From Octopus sinensis (Eukaryota): 64,000 bases of DNA. This document shows positions 24,599-39,126 of the stretch, in pieces (within the stretch, counting starts at the first letter, position 1; each line of letters opens with the position of its first letter). The notes under the pieces were generated by a model. It ran no database searches and was not told the origin of the DNA. It was given only the letters and a program-made list of their open reading frames with translations. Where the stretch lies: contig NC_043011.1 of the NCBI RefSeq assembly GCF_006345805.1, positions 65,670,464-65,734,463 on the forward strand. Reading direction: 5' to 3'. The translations under genes were made by a program, and so were the position numbers.

Positions 24599-24793
24599 GG
24601 AGAGCGAGAGGGAGAGAGTGAGAGATAGAAATAGATAGATAAATATATACATAGATACATTTATAGGGAGCGTGGGAGATCCATATGTAGATTGACAGAG
24701 ATTTGGATAGATAAATTGATTCATATATTTATCATTATCTGTATGTTTTGTAATAATTGTGTGCATGTATCTTAGAAGTAATATATTTCATAC

Positions 24794-24896
24794 ACGCAAT
24801 TTTTTCTGCTGGATATGTACTAACGATATTGAGTGTTACATCTTTGTTTACCTATACCTTGGCACTCTATCAAAGTGAGCGATGAGGTTGCAGCAT
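24794..24896 (-). pseudogene. G2 exon 3: AATSSLTLIECQGIGKQRCNTQYR*YISSRKNC; no downstream exons found
   Basis: Same splice sites as G1 and G3. In-frame TAG at 24822-24820 where G3 has CAG. Confidence 0.8.
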
Positions 24897-26169
24897 CTAG
24901 AAAGTGTAAAACTATAATTCTTTTTATAGCGTTTAGGCCAACATCAAAACCTTTTAGAAACATATTAACTCATATTTTTTTTCAATATGTCATTACTAGT
25001 GAATGTTACTATTTCTAAATCTGACACCGAGAGATATTCAGCAAGAGCACTTTGGAGTAAATATCATTTGCCGTTATAACATGGAAGTCCTGGTTTAGCA
25101 CGAATGTTGCTGAAATTTACTCCAGGAGACATCGTCTCCAGCTGGTTACAACGCACGTTCTATGCCCTTATATTCTCGAACATTGGAATCTAGTATACCC
25201 ACTCAGTTGAAAATGATATCTGTGCATCTCCATTCTTGGGTTATTTCCCTTCATCAGCACAGAACCCTAACGTTAACCCCGGTGAATTTTGTTTTGAGCT
25301 GAGTGGGTGTGTTCGAAAATATAATGACAAGGAACGAGTTTTATAGAAAGCTGGAGAAGGAGTATCCTTGGGCTAAATTACATCAACATTCTTACTAACC
25401 TAGGACTGCCGTGTTATGTTGGAAATGATCTTTACTTCCTGTCGTTACTAAAGGAAAAGGAAGACATAAGATTTTGAATAGTGTTATAAATTCTCATAAC
25501 TGACTGATAACACACTTTCAAGCCCGTTCACATCTACGTTTAATTCTAGATATAATTAATAAAGACACTCTAATTATTATATATGTTAATTAATGTTCAT
25601 AGAAATAACGTTAATTATAACGTATTATAAAAGCATTAGTTAGATACCACGATGAAAATATTATAGACGATAAAAGCAAATTATACTTACATATTACGTT
25701 ATATAAATTGTTCACTATACAAAATAACAATCGCCTGTTTCTCACTTTAATAGTACTGATAAAGGGTAATTGAACAAATATAATCAGTCACAGGAATAAA
25801 TATATTAAGAAATGCTAGGATATCTAAAGATAGTTCTAGAGTTTTTTTTTAAATGTATATGGACAATATCGTGCAGCGATTAAACATACCGATCGCGCAC
25901 TTACTTATGACTCCCAATAATCTTCAGTTGTATACTATTTATTTAATAATCTATTGTACTTGTATAATTTTAATTCACTTGCGATTCAACTCATAACATT
26001 TTGTTGCAAAATGACAGCAAATTTGGGTATTTTGTTCATATTCATAGACGAAATGTGACGTTCATTATTGCATGTTTGAGGGATGGACGATTTTATACTT
26101 GTAAATGGAATGACAAAATTATTTAACCAGCATATGATCGGTAAATCTAAAACAATAATGAACACGAGT

Positions 26170-26203
<34 letters not shown>

Positions 26204-26204
26204 G

Positions 26205-26262
<58 letters not shown>

Positions 26263-27294
26263 TGTATATATATATATATACATATATGTATATATGTATA
26301 TGTACATATCATTAACCAAGGCCGTGGTTGAATATATTCTTAAGTCAACAATTTCGTCAATTGCCGCTGGTTCCAAGCTTCACCACTTATTCATTTCTCA
26401 GCAAAAGTGTTAAAATATTTAAAGAGGACACCTCCTTAGCTACGTTATAAATTTGGCATATATAGTTTGAGATTTGGTTCCGTACAAAGGCTACATGAAA
26501 ATATGTGAGTCTTCAAGTTGGGCAGTAATGTAGGTTTTCATTTTCATTTAACATCAATTTTTCAAATCTAAATAAATGTCTAATTTCCATAGGCTAAAAT
26601 TATTGAAAAATACAGGAGGAATTGAGAGTCGCTCGACGCTTTTACCAAAACTTAGTAGAGATAGTGTTATGAGATAAAATGTTATGAAATGTAAAATATG
26701 TACGTGATGAAGTCAGTAAGGAGTAACGCTTAACGCAATAATTCTATATTATAAAAACGAATGTCTTTAATGTAGAATGGAAGAAATGCTGGCAGAAATG
26801 CTACGGCACCGGGCGAAATTCTTTACGGATTTGTACCTGTCTCTACGTTCTGAGTTCAATTTCCGCGAAGGTCATCTTTATATTTTGTATATTTTGTTGT
26901 TTAAATGAAATATTTGATGTAATTATTTTCAAAATTCTGTTGAAATAGGGTAAATTTAACTTTTATTATAAATTATGTTACACCTTTAATTAACTTGATT
27001 TCGGCTTTTTCTTCTTTTTCCTTTTGAATTAATTTACTTTTGTTGTTGTTAATTATTTATCAGGCTTATTCATTAATACTTGAGCAATATGTATCTAAAT
27101 GAATTGGGGTAGGAATACAATCACTTTTCGCTGTGTCTTTATGGGCCTATCTGAAAGCATGTAGTAAGGCTCTCCACAAGGATATTCTTGTTTTCCCCAA
27201 AATATATATATTTATACATATATATATATATATATTCTTGAATCTATTGCACTTTAGATCTTACGCCTCCTGATAATGAAATAATATTACTTAC

Positions 27295-27333
27295 AGATAT
27301 GAGAAGAGCAATAAAGATAGATATACTTAGCAT
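27295..27333 (-). pseudogene. G2 exon 2: signal peptide MLSISIFIALLIS (ends phase 0)
   Basis: Acceptor tattttacag, donor gtaagt, homologous to G1 exon 2. Confidence 0.75.
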
Positions 27334-30300
27334 GGCTTTTCCTGTAAAATACTAATTCCGACTATGTATGTTTCACTTCCTCGTTTGTTTGTCTCTCCTC
27401 AATTCACTTCCTCCTTATCTTAAATGATGCAATATAATGTTACAGGTGTTTTATTCAGAGTGCACAGTCTTTCTAACCGTTTTGTATTTTTATATATGTT
27501 GCACAATATTTGACGGTTGTACGGTTTATGTGAGATTGTACCATATTCAGAATTGATTTGCTTTCGATGTATGGTCATGCTAAATCTAAATGTAATAGCG
27601 CTGAGCTAGTATGAATGCTATTTCATAGGTACTTCGTAAATTCATACTAAACAGAATATTCCATAGCTTCGCTTTTCGCATCTGCATATTAAAACACATT
27701 AGTCAAAAATTTATCGAGAGAATAATTGTTAGAAATGAACGCGAAATTTTTATAAAATATTAATTGTTCTGATCATGATAATGATGATGATGATGACGAT
27801 GATAATGATGATGGTTGTGATACAGTCGACGGTTGTGATACAGACATTCACCGATCATCTATTCAGGAATAGGATTTCAGATTAATCATGTCTGTGTAAC
27901 ACTCTGATGGTCATCCCTTTTCTGTTGTTCCTCGCTTGAATATCTCAACCAAACTAAATCATGAGTAATATAAATGGTTAGTCTATCCAAGGCCTAGCAT
28001 CGCTTCTGTCATTGCTTCGTTTTCTATCATTCGTGTCGATCACCATGGACTGTATGGCACCTAACATTATTATTATGATGCTTACGGCATACGAAAACAC
28101 AGACCTCTCATCGTTCTTCTCTTGGAATGCTTGTCGATATCTCTGGCTGCTGCAGTGGTAGCTCTTCATTCATTACCAACCAAACAGATGTTAGCATTCA
28201 TATTTAGTAGAGAGACCGCATGATACTGAGAGTTTCGGTCAGGTGGCCATTAAATCTGACCAATTAGCGAACGTGAGAGCAAAATCAACCAATTAAACCG
28301 AGGTTTTTAGAATTCTGAACGAACTCTACTACCACAATTGATTCATTAGTTTACAGAATCTTTCTGGATATTCACATTACTCTTTGCCCATAGTTATAGT
28401 GGCGCATTTGGGAAATTATATCGGTACATGACAGCTAATTGGTAAACATATGAGTGATTTTTCAAGGGAATTTATAACCTCTTGAAGCTGGTTTAAAATG
28501 ATGGAGAAGTTGAGCCAGTAAGCAGTAAGGTTTCCTAATCGACTGGTAAAAATAAAGTAGCGCGAGATACTCAGGAAGGATACAAATCACCTGGGGAATT
28601 CCAGCTGTCTCACCTCAGGTGGACTTACATGGTATGTAAACTTCAGGCATCGACATTCGCTCGTATTGACATTTAGTTTTATTAAATTTAATTCCACGTC
28701 TAGAAAGACCATCAGTGTTTTATGAGAGTCCGAAACGACATCGCACTGCGAACGTGATTATGCATCCATATATGTATATAGAGACTTTAAAATAAACACA
28801 TATATGTGCCCGTGTGTGTGTGTATGCGTGTATGAATAAGTGTTTGTGTGTGTTTGTGCCTGTGTGTGTCTGAAATCCTAGTGTATCTGGTAGCAATCAG
28901 TTCTAAATGTAGCGACCAGAAGCCACTGAGCAACCCTCATTGGATTCAAGCTCGCACAATGCCATTATTTGATAAATGCATTATAGTTGTTGAAAGATAA
29001 AGAGGAGAAAAGTAAACCAGATGCCAAAACGGAGTGTCGGAGAGAGTTTCATTCGGCATCCATTGATTTACGGTACACATTGAGGACAGCATTTAGGAGC
29101 TTACAGTTTATGCTCAGAACACTTACACAATTGGATGTACGGTATTCCAGTCTCATTTATTTGAAAATTTGAAACCTAGAAAGGGCTGACCTCAGGAAAA
29201 CTTCCAATAAATTTGTCCCCCCTTTTTCCTCTAAGGATATCAGAATATATTGTTGTCCCCTTTAATAACAAGCAATTTCGTGATAGTGTGTTTTTATTTA
29301 TTGAAGCTATTTTATTTTGATAGTAGTCTGCTGTGTTTGTTTTCTTTTGGCTGAGGTTAGTGTAGTCGGAAGTGGAGGAGTTGCGAATTTTCCTGTTTTT
29401 CATATTGTACGGTGTGCTGTAGTTGAGGCTGACATAATTGTGTTGCTCCAAAAAACTGTTATTGATTTGCCCTGTTATTTTTGTTTTGTTTTGACAAGTG
29501 TGTGTGTCGTGCATGCTGCTGCTGTATGCTCGGTAGTTGGGGTTGGAATTGGCCTTTGCCTTGCTGCTCTTTTCTCAGCTTCCTCTACTTGCTACTTTCC
29601 ATTTCTACTTTGCATCACTTTCCGTTGAGATCTTTTCGGGCTACGGCCTATTTCCTCCAACATTTTGATGAGAATACAAACTGTTCCAAGTTTACTAAAA
29701 GATACGTTTCTACACTCATTTACATTATTTACATTCGACGGATATTTGTCCTCATCTTGTTTGTTGTTATCACAACGTTTCGGCTGATATACCTTCCAGC
29801 CTGTTGTAAACCGTAGCTATTTGAGTAATTGAGAAAATCTCCACGTTCTGGTGACATGTCTTACATCTACCCACATATATTCTAGAGCAAGATCCAGCTA
29901 GGCCTCAGTTGCTGCTAGGGGTGCGGTTTTTACATGCCCAAAATAGCCATCGTCTTCCTAGTTATAACAAAAATCTAGGATTGAGTGGCAACTTGCATTG
30001 TCCTCACCGTTGCATAAATAAATTTCTTCGCTTGTGTTAAGTTTCTTCGTTGCTAATTAGAGACAGTGTGAGGTAATTCGTTGTTTTCGCCACCAGCTTA
30101 ATTATTTGTTCTCTGAAGTGTCTCTCCTACCACTAATATTGCCGTTATTTAAACCTTTGTGGCCACTGTAGTTTTCCCTGATGACAATGTTTGTGTATGT
30201 GCCCGTTTATGTGTGTCCGTGTACGTAGGTTTGTGTGTATGATACTGTGTATATATGTATGTATAGATGCGTGAGTGTGTGTGTACAACAGAATTATTTG

Positions 30301-31317
30301 ACTACATCATCTGAAAATTGTCCTACATTATTAAGTTGAAGTATTCAGTTTGCAGGTGGTGGAATTATAAACCTATTCCTGTATGATACGTTGTGTTAAA
30401 AATCTAACGGGGAATATTTGAGTTCTTTAACAAAAGTCATGAAAATGATACTCAGATATTAATGTGTATTATACTTCCGGTATAATTGACAAATACTTAT
30501 GAAACATATTTCGTGAGATTCCGATATCACAACAGAAAATGTGTGACGAGGTTTTACACATTAAATATAAAAAAATAATTCACCTTAGATTTTCAAACTT
30601 ATCTTTACCTAAACTCATTTGGATACCTTTATTTCAATATGTATAAAGTGTTGTTTCAGCAACTAGTAAATGCTATGGCAAAGAATAATTAATACATTCT
30701 GTCTTTGAAAGGAAACTCTAACGTTAATATGTGTTAATCCGTACATTTTGCTAAATATTCAGATATCAAACAATTTTAATGCAAATATGAAAGTATAATT
30801 TATTGAAGACATATTTCAGATATTTAGAATATCAAAAGAAATACAACACTAAAACAGGGAATCTTCATTACGGTATTTATTTTATTTAGTAGTTCTTAAG
30901 TAAAATCACCAGAAGTGCAATACGGATTTTCGATATCGGGGATACCACCTGTAAAATGAATAGGGAAAAGGTTATGTAGAAATGGGGGAAAGTATTGTGG
31001 TAAGAGTTATGCAAATATTTCCTTAAAATATATTTACCTTTATCAAATGCTTCGGAGCTTGCCTAACAAAACTATGCATTATTTGCCGAAGAAACAAGTG
31101 GGTAAATGAGAGAATGATTTAGCATCTGGCCAGTTAAAAGAGTTTTAGCTTGATAGAAGGCAGAGAATGCCGTACCGTAAATCAGTGCGAATTGGGTCCA
31201 ATCTGTACATCCCTGATGATACCTACGTGTTATATATTCAAACACATCTACCGCTGGGCTATCCACTGTAAGATTTTAATCATTGTTATAAATATTGAAT
31301 CACATGAAATTACGTAC

Positions 31318-31348
31318 CTTAGCATTGTTTCTGGAATTTTTATTTGCC
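31318..31348 (-). CDS. G3 last coding exon: GK-stop (CDS 31348-31340)
   Basis: Identical to the G1 exon; acceptor tttcctttcag. Confidence 0.7.
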
Positions 31349-32259
31349 CTGAAAGGAAATACGAATAGGACGAATGTGAAATTATTACCAATAACATTTT
31401 ATTTACCTAGAGCAGATTTGTTTGGGGTTATCATAATCTCATTTGCGTAGAAGAAATTAATAGGCTCAATGTAACGCACTTCCTGAATTAGATTTGTTTC
31501 ATCCAATGGTGTGAGAATACATAAAAACTAAAAATAAATTTAGGGTTTATACATAAACGACCCTGTTAGCCTTTTTGTAAACTCTACATCATGAAATTCT
31601 GCAAGATACAACAATAAGAAACATCTTTCAGAATTTTCTTTAAGATATCAGAACTGAATATATTTTTGCGATATTAAGTTTATTCAAATCTGAAGCTGTA
31701 ACATCTGAGCGAAGAAATTTGCTTTGCTGTGCTTTTGTATCTTCTATTTTGTTTCAGTTTTTAGACTCAGTCTATGACATGTCACCACATCAAGAAACGT
31801 TAGTCGAATTTATTTTGCAGTTTATGCTTGGAATTTAATCAAACATTGCATCTTGCTGTACACCAAGGTTACGGGCCCTGAAACAAGGACACATGTCAAC
31901 CGGTAATGGGGACAAAAACACATTCACACATATGTGTGTATACATATTTATATACACACACACGCACACACACACACACATATGTATATATGAACATATT
32001 CACAAACACACACACTATCACAAACACACACACATATATATCGTGTTGTAAAATAATGCAATCTTCTAATTAGGGTAAAAATACGAATACATTTAGACAT
32101 GCTAGATGTAAATAGACACCTTTAATTTTCAAAATTTCGGATCTAAGCGTCTTAATATATTTTCAACGGTGTACAATTTACAATGTGACAATTCGTTTTT
32201 CGTTCCAGGCGCCATTATATTAATCATTAGCGAAGAATTACCATGTTACACACAAACAT

Positions 32260-33365
32260 TCAGCAGAACTGCCAGGTTTTCAAGGAGTTCGTATTATTCG
32301 TCAATTTGAGACTGGTCTTAGCCAGCAAACAATTGCCGAAAATCTTCAAAATGCTCTTTCGTATGTTAATAGTTTTATAGCGCAAATCAAAAGCCAAAGA
32401 GAAGAATCAACTTATTTTCGTCCCGGCCAAATCTAGGCACTCGGAATGGATGATTCAGTGTTTGAAGACAATTGTGGCAAATGAACCCCTTTCGAAGGCT
32501 TCTGACAGTACAAAAAAACCTAGAAGTTACTCCAAGAGAATGTGTGTTACATATCTGCATAAGCTAAAGTATTATTGACGAGTATCTAGAAGAAACCCTC
32601 CCCTTCAAACAATTAATATCAAGAAAGAAATGAAATGGGCTCAGGATATGTCAGAGAAATCCTGTTAATTTTGGGTTAGACTGATTTTCTCAGATGAATC
32701 CAGATTTGCATTATTCTCAGACAGTGGACGTGTTTGGGTCTGGATGTTTTCCAATCAAGAATTCGATTATTAAAACGACTCCAACCAACTGTGAAACATG
32801 GCGGTAGCTCTGTAATGGTATGTGGAGCTGTCACCAGCAATGGTCGTTCTGAGATGGTCGAATGTATTGGAACCATAAACACTGAAAAATACATTGAAAT
32901 ATTCAGCAACGGCTACTTCCGATTTATTCAAACGATTGCACAAAGGAAAATGAATTTTTATTAATGAAATATTCGGCTCCATGAAGCAGAGCGGAAAGGA
33001 ATCATCAATGGATGACTGAAAATAGGATCGGAAAGCTTCCTTGGCCGGGCCAATCTCCTGACATGAACCCAATGGAAAATCCCTGGAGCATACTAGATAG
33101 AGCTATACGAAATCGTAAAGGAATCCTAAATCTAAAGATGAATTGTTTCGATTGCTGCGTGAAAAGTGGATAGAAATTCCACAAGAGACAAGCCCAAAGA
33201 TCATCAGTTCAATGGCCAAAAGAGTTTCTGAATTAAAAACTGCAAAATGTATGTCAACTAAATACTAAAGTATGTCGTCCTATCTATCGACTACATTGCA
33301 ATTGTTCGCTTTGCGTATAAAAGCTTAGATTTTGAAAATTAAGGATGTCGATTTGCTTCCTGCAT
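32260..33365 (+). mobile_element. Tc1-like transposon, paralog in G3 intron 4
   Basis: Same motifs as 7640-8760. Confidence 0.9.
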
Positions 33366-33368
33366 CTC

Positions 33369-33486
<118 letters not shown>

Positions 33487-33916
33487 TATACATTATAGTT
33501 GGAGAGAATTCCCTACAGTGCCCCTAACTGTGGAGGAGAAGCGTGTCTATAATATATGTAGAATATAACCGATATATGAGTGTTAAATAATGAAATTCAG
33601 ACCACTTCCACGTCCATCGAATGGAATGATAATCTGCAACATGCATTTCATGATTTCAGCAACAAATGTTTTGCTAAAACTTCGCAATGATCATTGGAGT
33701 TATATTGAAACTCGTTAGAAATTGTTTGAAACCATCTATGTTATGTACTTTGCAATTAAATAGCATATTACATATTTCGTATTGTTATTTCATTTTTTGC
33801 AGACAAAAGATATTTTACTATCATCGTCTGATAGACGAACGTTTCTCTTTGTTTAAGACCAGTTTCAAATTTATGCATAATCGAAGAAATATTTATAGGA
33901 AGAATAAGAAACTTAC

Positions 33917-34004
33917 GTGGAAGCACCAGTGATTCTTCTTGAAGCGCCTATAGCATTGGCGTTCGACATCAGAAGTGAAACATGACAAGAGGTCTTTGTA
34001 ACCA
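33917..34004 (-). CDS. G3 exon 4: GYKDLLSCFTSDVERQCYRRFKKNHWCFH
   Basis: 88 nt, AG/GT (gtaagt), open frame, Cys spacing kept. Confidence 0.85.
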
Positions 34005-34477
34005 CTGAAAATTTAAAGCGAAGCTTTCAAATTTCATTTACGATATGATCACTTAAGACGATTCAATAATTTATCTATAAAATCTAATGAGAACGTAAGC
34101 ATTCACATCAACACTAATCTCCATACGTCTCAAGCGGAACTAATGTTACATAGTCGTAGCTATGATCAAACATCTGAAATATGTGAATATCCTATATCGC
34201 ACAAGTGAATTAATTTACCTACTGTGTACAGACAGTAAAGATAAATGCTAAAGCGAAAAGTGTAATAGCTCCTAAAAGAGTTTGATATATAAGGCAAGTA
34301 AATGTCAATTATATCTAATACGTGTGTTATTAATTTATAACGACCATCAGTTTCGGAATCATTTCCTACACATTATTACTTGCAAACAAGCATATATGGT
34401 TTATATTATATTATATTATAAAATGTTATCATATGTATGTGCCTGTGTGTAAATATGCATGTGTGTGCGCACCTGTA

Positions 34478-35080
34478 CGTGTGCTAAATCTCTCCCCTCA
34501 CCCTCATCTCACCTCCCTCCTCCTCCCCTCTTCCCCTCATCTCCTATCTCCCCCATCTCTCTTCCCTCCTCCACTTCTCCCTCTCTATTCTCTCCCCCTT
34601 TCACTCTCCCCACAACCCCCACTCTGCCCCAACCCCCAGCCGAACCCACAACCTACATGGGCTTTTCCCAACTCCTACCACACTACACTACACCATACGA
34701 CATTACACATCACGTCATACATACATACACACGTCCAGACCTTTCATACGCACATACATACTCTCTCATACACATAAGATCACTTATGTTGATTCGAGGT
34801 CATTTCCCCTTGTTATCTCCCCTACTATCCGTCTTGCGTCTAACGTCTGATCTCTAACTTCTGGCCGAAATCAGACCGCCATGTTAAATCGTTAGCTCCT
34901 GCATGTATTTTTTCTCCTTGTTTCTCGCCGTGTTTCTTTTCTGTGTATCTTTCTGTCGAAGAGCGTAGGCTCGAAACGTATAAGACTTGTTTTATTTCTA
35001 TTCCTGAGCACCATACTAATACAATTGTTTGTTTGTACTCCACCTGCCTTCGTCTTTTGTTTATTTTCGTAAGCTTCCCG

Positions 35081-35082
<2 letters not shown>
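34478..35082 (+). mobile_element. C-rich low-complexity tract plus Penelope pLTR-like end, unit B only
   Basis: ctgtcgaagagcgtaggctcgaaacgt motif; absent in unit A at ~9590. Confidence 0.55.
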
Positions 35083-35145
<63 letters not shown>

Positions 35146-35227
35146 GTAAATAGGGTATTAAAAATAAATTATTATTAACAGTGACCTAGCACAAAAGATG
35201 AATAGGTCATTAGACAATACGTTATCC

Positions 35228-35591
35228 ATATATAAATACATTAAAAGGCTTCCAAATAAAGAAGCGAGTGCAAGATACACAAAAAGGGGATAAATTCATG
35301 AAAAGGAATGAAAATCAAAAACGTTTACCAAACCAGCAAATCCTGTACTGCGGTTTCGACTTTTTTTTAGCAAATGAATAGAATTTATCTGGCAAGGCCA
35401 GAATCATAAAGGCTTCCTGCTGATGATTCTCGCCTTGGCAGATAGATTCTATTAATTTTCTCAAAAAAAGATGAAACTGCAATACAGGATTTGCTGGTTT
35501 GGTAAACGTTTTTGATTTTCATTCCTTTTCATGAATTCATCCCATTTTTGTGTATCTTGCACTCGCTTCTTTATTTGGAAGCCTTTTAATG

Positions 35592-35600
<9 letters not shown>
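35228..35600. repeat. Long palindrome with ~180-bp arms and a 15-nt spacer in G3 intron 3
   Basis: 35228-35407 is the near-perfect reverse complement of 35423-35600. Confidence 0.9.
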
Positions 35601-35648
<48 letters not shown>

Positions 35649-37067
35649 ACAGGAAATTATGCGATTAATGAAATTAGGAACATCAAGTATATGCTATTCA
35701 TTAAATACATCAACTAAAATATATGTATATATCTATATATACAACCAGAGAAAAAGCAAGAGTTGAAAGTTTGAGATGATGAAAATGTTACCTGTAAATA
35801 TAGAGATATTTTATTAAGTATTCCAAAGTACAGAGACTAGAAATAACAGCGGAAATTAAAGGAATTTAAGAAAGATGTAACAAGTCAAACCTCTGGTTCT
35901 TGGTTGTTGAGAATGCACCTTAAGGAGACATGCAATTCCTCAAAATATGGTGCCGTATGAATGCAATTAACATTGCATTGAGTAGAAAAGAAACTTTTCT
36001 ACTCAAGGCGGAAGACCTGAAAATTTTGGGAAGGGGCCGTTCGATTAGCTCGACCGCAGTACAAAACTGCTACTTATCCTAATGGGCCCGAATAGATGAA
36101 AGGCAAAGTCTACCTCGAGGAAACTTGAATTCAGAACGTAGCGACGGGCGAAATACTGCTAAGAAATTCGCCGACGTGCTCACTATTCTGCCAGCTAGCC
36201 TCCTGCCTAGAACTTCAAACAATGAATGATTGCTGTTATCTCAGGGCTTAGCGCGCGATTTTCAAGCTAATCACAGTATTTGTGAGGAGGTGTATCGACG
36301 TTGTTGTAGTTGGATATTTTGATATTCAAAGCGATCTTATTCATTCTGTTAGCATTAATATTATTGCTAGCAAAAGATGCATTTTTTGTGTCACTACGAA
36401 TTTCATGCAGCGGATCGACCTATACATTGACCTAGACTGGCCTTTTTTTTAGCCGTATGATGAAACATACATAAGTAGTTCAAACATTATTGAATCAGCT
36501 TAAAATTCTCATTTCGCATATTCTCTGTCCTTTAAATATCTAAATGCATTTGATATAGAGAAATGCAGAATGATAAGTATGTAAGTATGTATGTAAATGT
36601 GTACGTATATATGTAGGTATGTTGGTAGGTAGGTAGGTAGGTAGGTAGAAAAGCAGGTAGTGATGTAGGTTGTTAGGTAATTACATAGTTTATGTATATA
36701 TAAATATACAGAGAGATATATATACATATATAAATAGAGAAACGGATTGCAAGATTAGACAGACAAATAGGCAGATTGATAGATAAGTCTATCTATAAGT
36801 CTATAGATAGACTTATAGGATTATAAGTATATTGATATATAGGTTGATAGAAATATTGATCGAGAGGCGGCTAAGTAGAAAGATAGATAGATACAGGCAG
36901 AGATTGAAAGATCGATGGACGTTTAATGGGTGTAGGTAGTTACAGTAATAGATATAAAGACAGAGACATATAGGTTGATAAATATATAAATATGTTGATA
37001 GATTGATAGTGATGTACATATATATATATATATATATATACATATATATGTATGTGTATATATGTGT

Positions 37068-37137
<70 letters not shown>

Positions 37138-37309
37138 TGAGAGAGAAAGAGAGATATTGATAGATAAATAGATAAATAGATGGATATGGTATATGGGAGA
37201 TAGATATGTGTAGTAATAGAGAGATTGATAAATAGATTTGCTGTTATATTTATCATTACCTATTTTGTAATAACTTTGTGTACGTATCTTAGAAATAATA
37301 AATATCTAC

Positions 37310-37412
37310 CCACAATCTCTCCTGCTGGATATGTACTGGCTATATTCAACATAACATCTTTGTTTACCTAAACGTTGGCATTCTCTCCAGCTGAGCGATG
37401 AGGTTGCAGCAT
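37310..37412 (-). CDS. G3 exon 3 (103 nt): AATSSLSWRECQRLGKQRCYVEYSQYISSRRDC
   Basis: Same acceptor as G1, donor gtagat (weaker), open frame phase 1 to 2. Confidence 0.8.
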
Positions 37413-39089
37413 CTAGAAAGTGAAAAAGAAATATTCCTTTTTATAGCGTATAGGCCAACATCAAAACTTTTTAGAAACCTATTAGGAAATAAAATTTACA
37501 ACATGTCATTACTTGTGAAAGTTACTATTTCTAAATCTCAAAACGAGAGATATTCAGCAACAGTACTTTGGTGAAAAGATCATTTGCCGACATAACATGG
37601 CTTTCCTGGTTTATGAGGAATGTTGCTGTAATTTAGCTCCAGGAGACATCGTGTCCAGCTGGCTACGCCACACGATCAGTGCCGTTATGTTTTCGAGCTA
37701 GGGAATCTAGCATCCCCACTCAACTGAAAACTATATCTGTGTATCGCGATCCTTGGTTTATTTCCCTTCATCAGCAAAGAATAATTGTTCGGTCGAATAT
37801 TGTTACGAACTGGGTGGGTGTGCTAGATTCACTTGTTCGAAAATATAATGACAAGGATCGAGTTTTATAGAAATCTGGAGAAGATGTTTCCTGGGGCTAA
37901 ATTCTATATTATAAAAACGAATGTCTTTAATGTAGAATGGAAGAAATGCTGGAAGAAATTTTACGGCACCGGGCGAAATTCTTTGCGTTCTGAGTTCAAT
38001 TTCCGCGAAGGTCATCTTTTCTTTCGTATATTTTAATGTTTAAATGAAATATTTAATATAGTTATTTTCAATATGCTGTTGAAATAAGGTAAATTTAACT
38101 TTTATTATTAATTATGTTTCACATTTAATTAACTTGCTTTCTGCTCTTTTCTGCTTTTCCTTTTTAGTTGATTTCCTTTTGTTTTATTTAATTATTTAAT
38201 CAGTCTTATTCATAAATACTTGAGCAATATGTATCTAACATAATTGGGGCAGGAATACAATCACTTTTCGCTGTGTCTGTAATTATATTCCCAATTTACT
38301 TTTGAAATTTAAAAAATAATTGAAGGGGATTTTTCATAAATTAAATTTATATTAATGGGATGTAGGTAATTTTAAATTGTGTATATCAGATATGCTTTCA
38401 TAATTTCTCTTGCATTGAATAATTATCTATATATCTAGATGAGCAGCAGTATTATTATCACCAACTCGAGATCTAGGTTACTTAACGTGAGCCTATGGGT
38501 ATTTTAAAATAAAGAACTAGGTAACAGATGGTTTTGGTGTCTTGTTCCTTGTAACTTCTGGGGTGTCATAGAGCAACCGATAACATGGTAAAAATGTCTG
38601 ACGTTAATTTCGCGTGGGATGAACATTATCAAATAATTCAATCAGAACATATATATTAATTGAACATGAAAAAGATTTAAATATTATTTTCACCTACATA
38701 CACATATTGAAACATTGAAATATTATCTTTCGGCATTATATAAGAAAAAATATTTTAATTTATTAATTAACAAATTTTTAATTATCTTATAACAGCAAAG
38801 TGTGAGATGAAATTTTCTGAATATGAAATATCACCATTGGATTCTTCATATTAGTTTAGTGGGAGATACATATGAGACACGGTCAGGGTTTACGATGGAT
38901 GAAAAATATTAAAAATAACCGTTATGTGTAACTGATAAAGCTTACATTCCAATCGTCATTGATTGCACCATGTATATTTCAAGCGTGGTGATATCTCTTA
39001 GATAAAATAAATTCTAATATATATATATATTAATGAATGTATTGCATAGTAGTTATTAGAGCTCCTGTTAAGGAAATAATATTACTCAC

Positions 39090-39126
39090 GGGATATGAGA
39101 AGTGCAATAAAAATGAGTATCTTCAT
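39090..39126 (-). CDS. G3 exon 2: signal peptide MKILIFIALLIS
   Basis: As G1 exon 2, one codon different. Confidence 0.85.

Larger units (their letters stand above)
2441..27775. repeat. Segmental duplication unit A
   Basis: Colinear with units B and C, e.g. ORF 3463-3654 recurs at 27978-28169 (+24515) and 51558-51749 (+48095). Confidence 0.9.
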
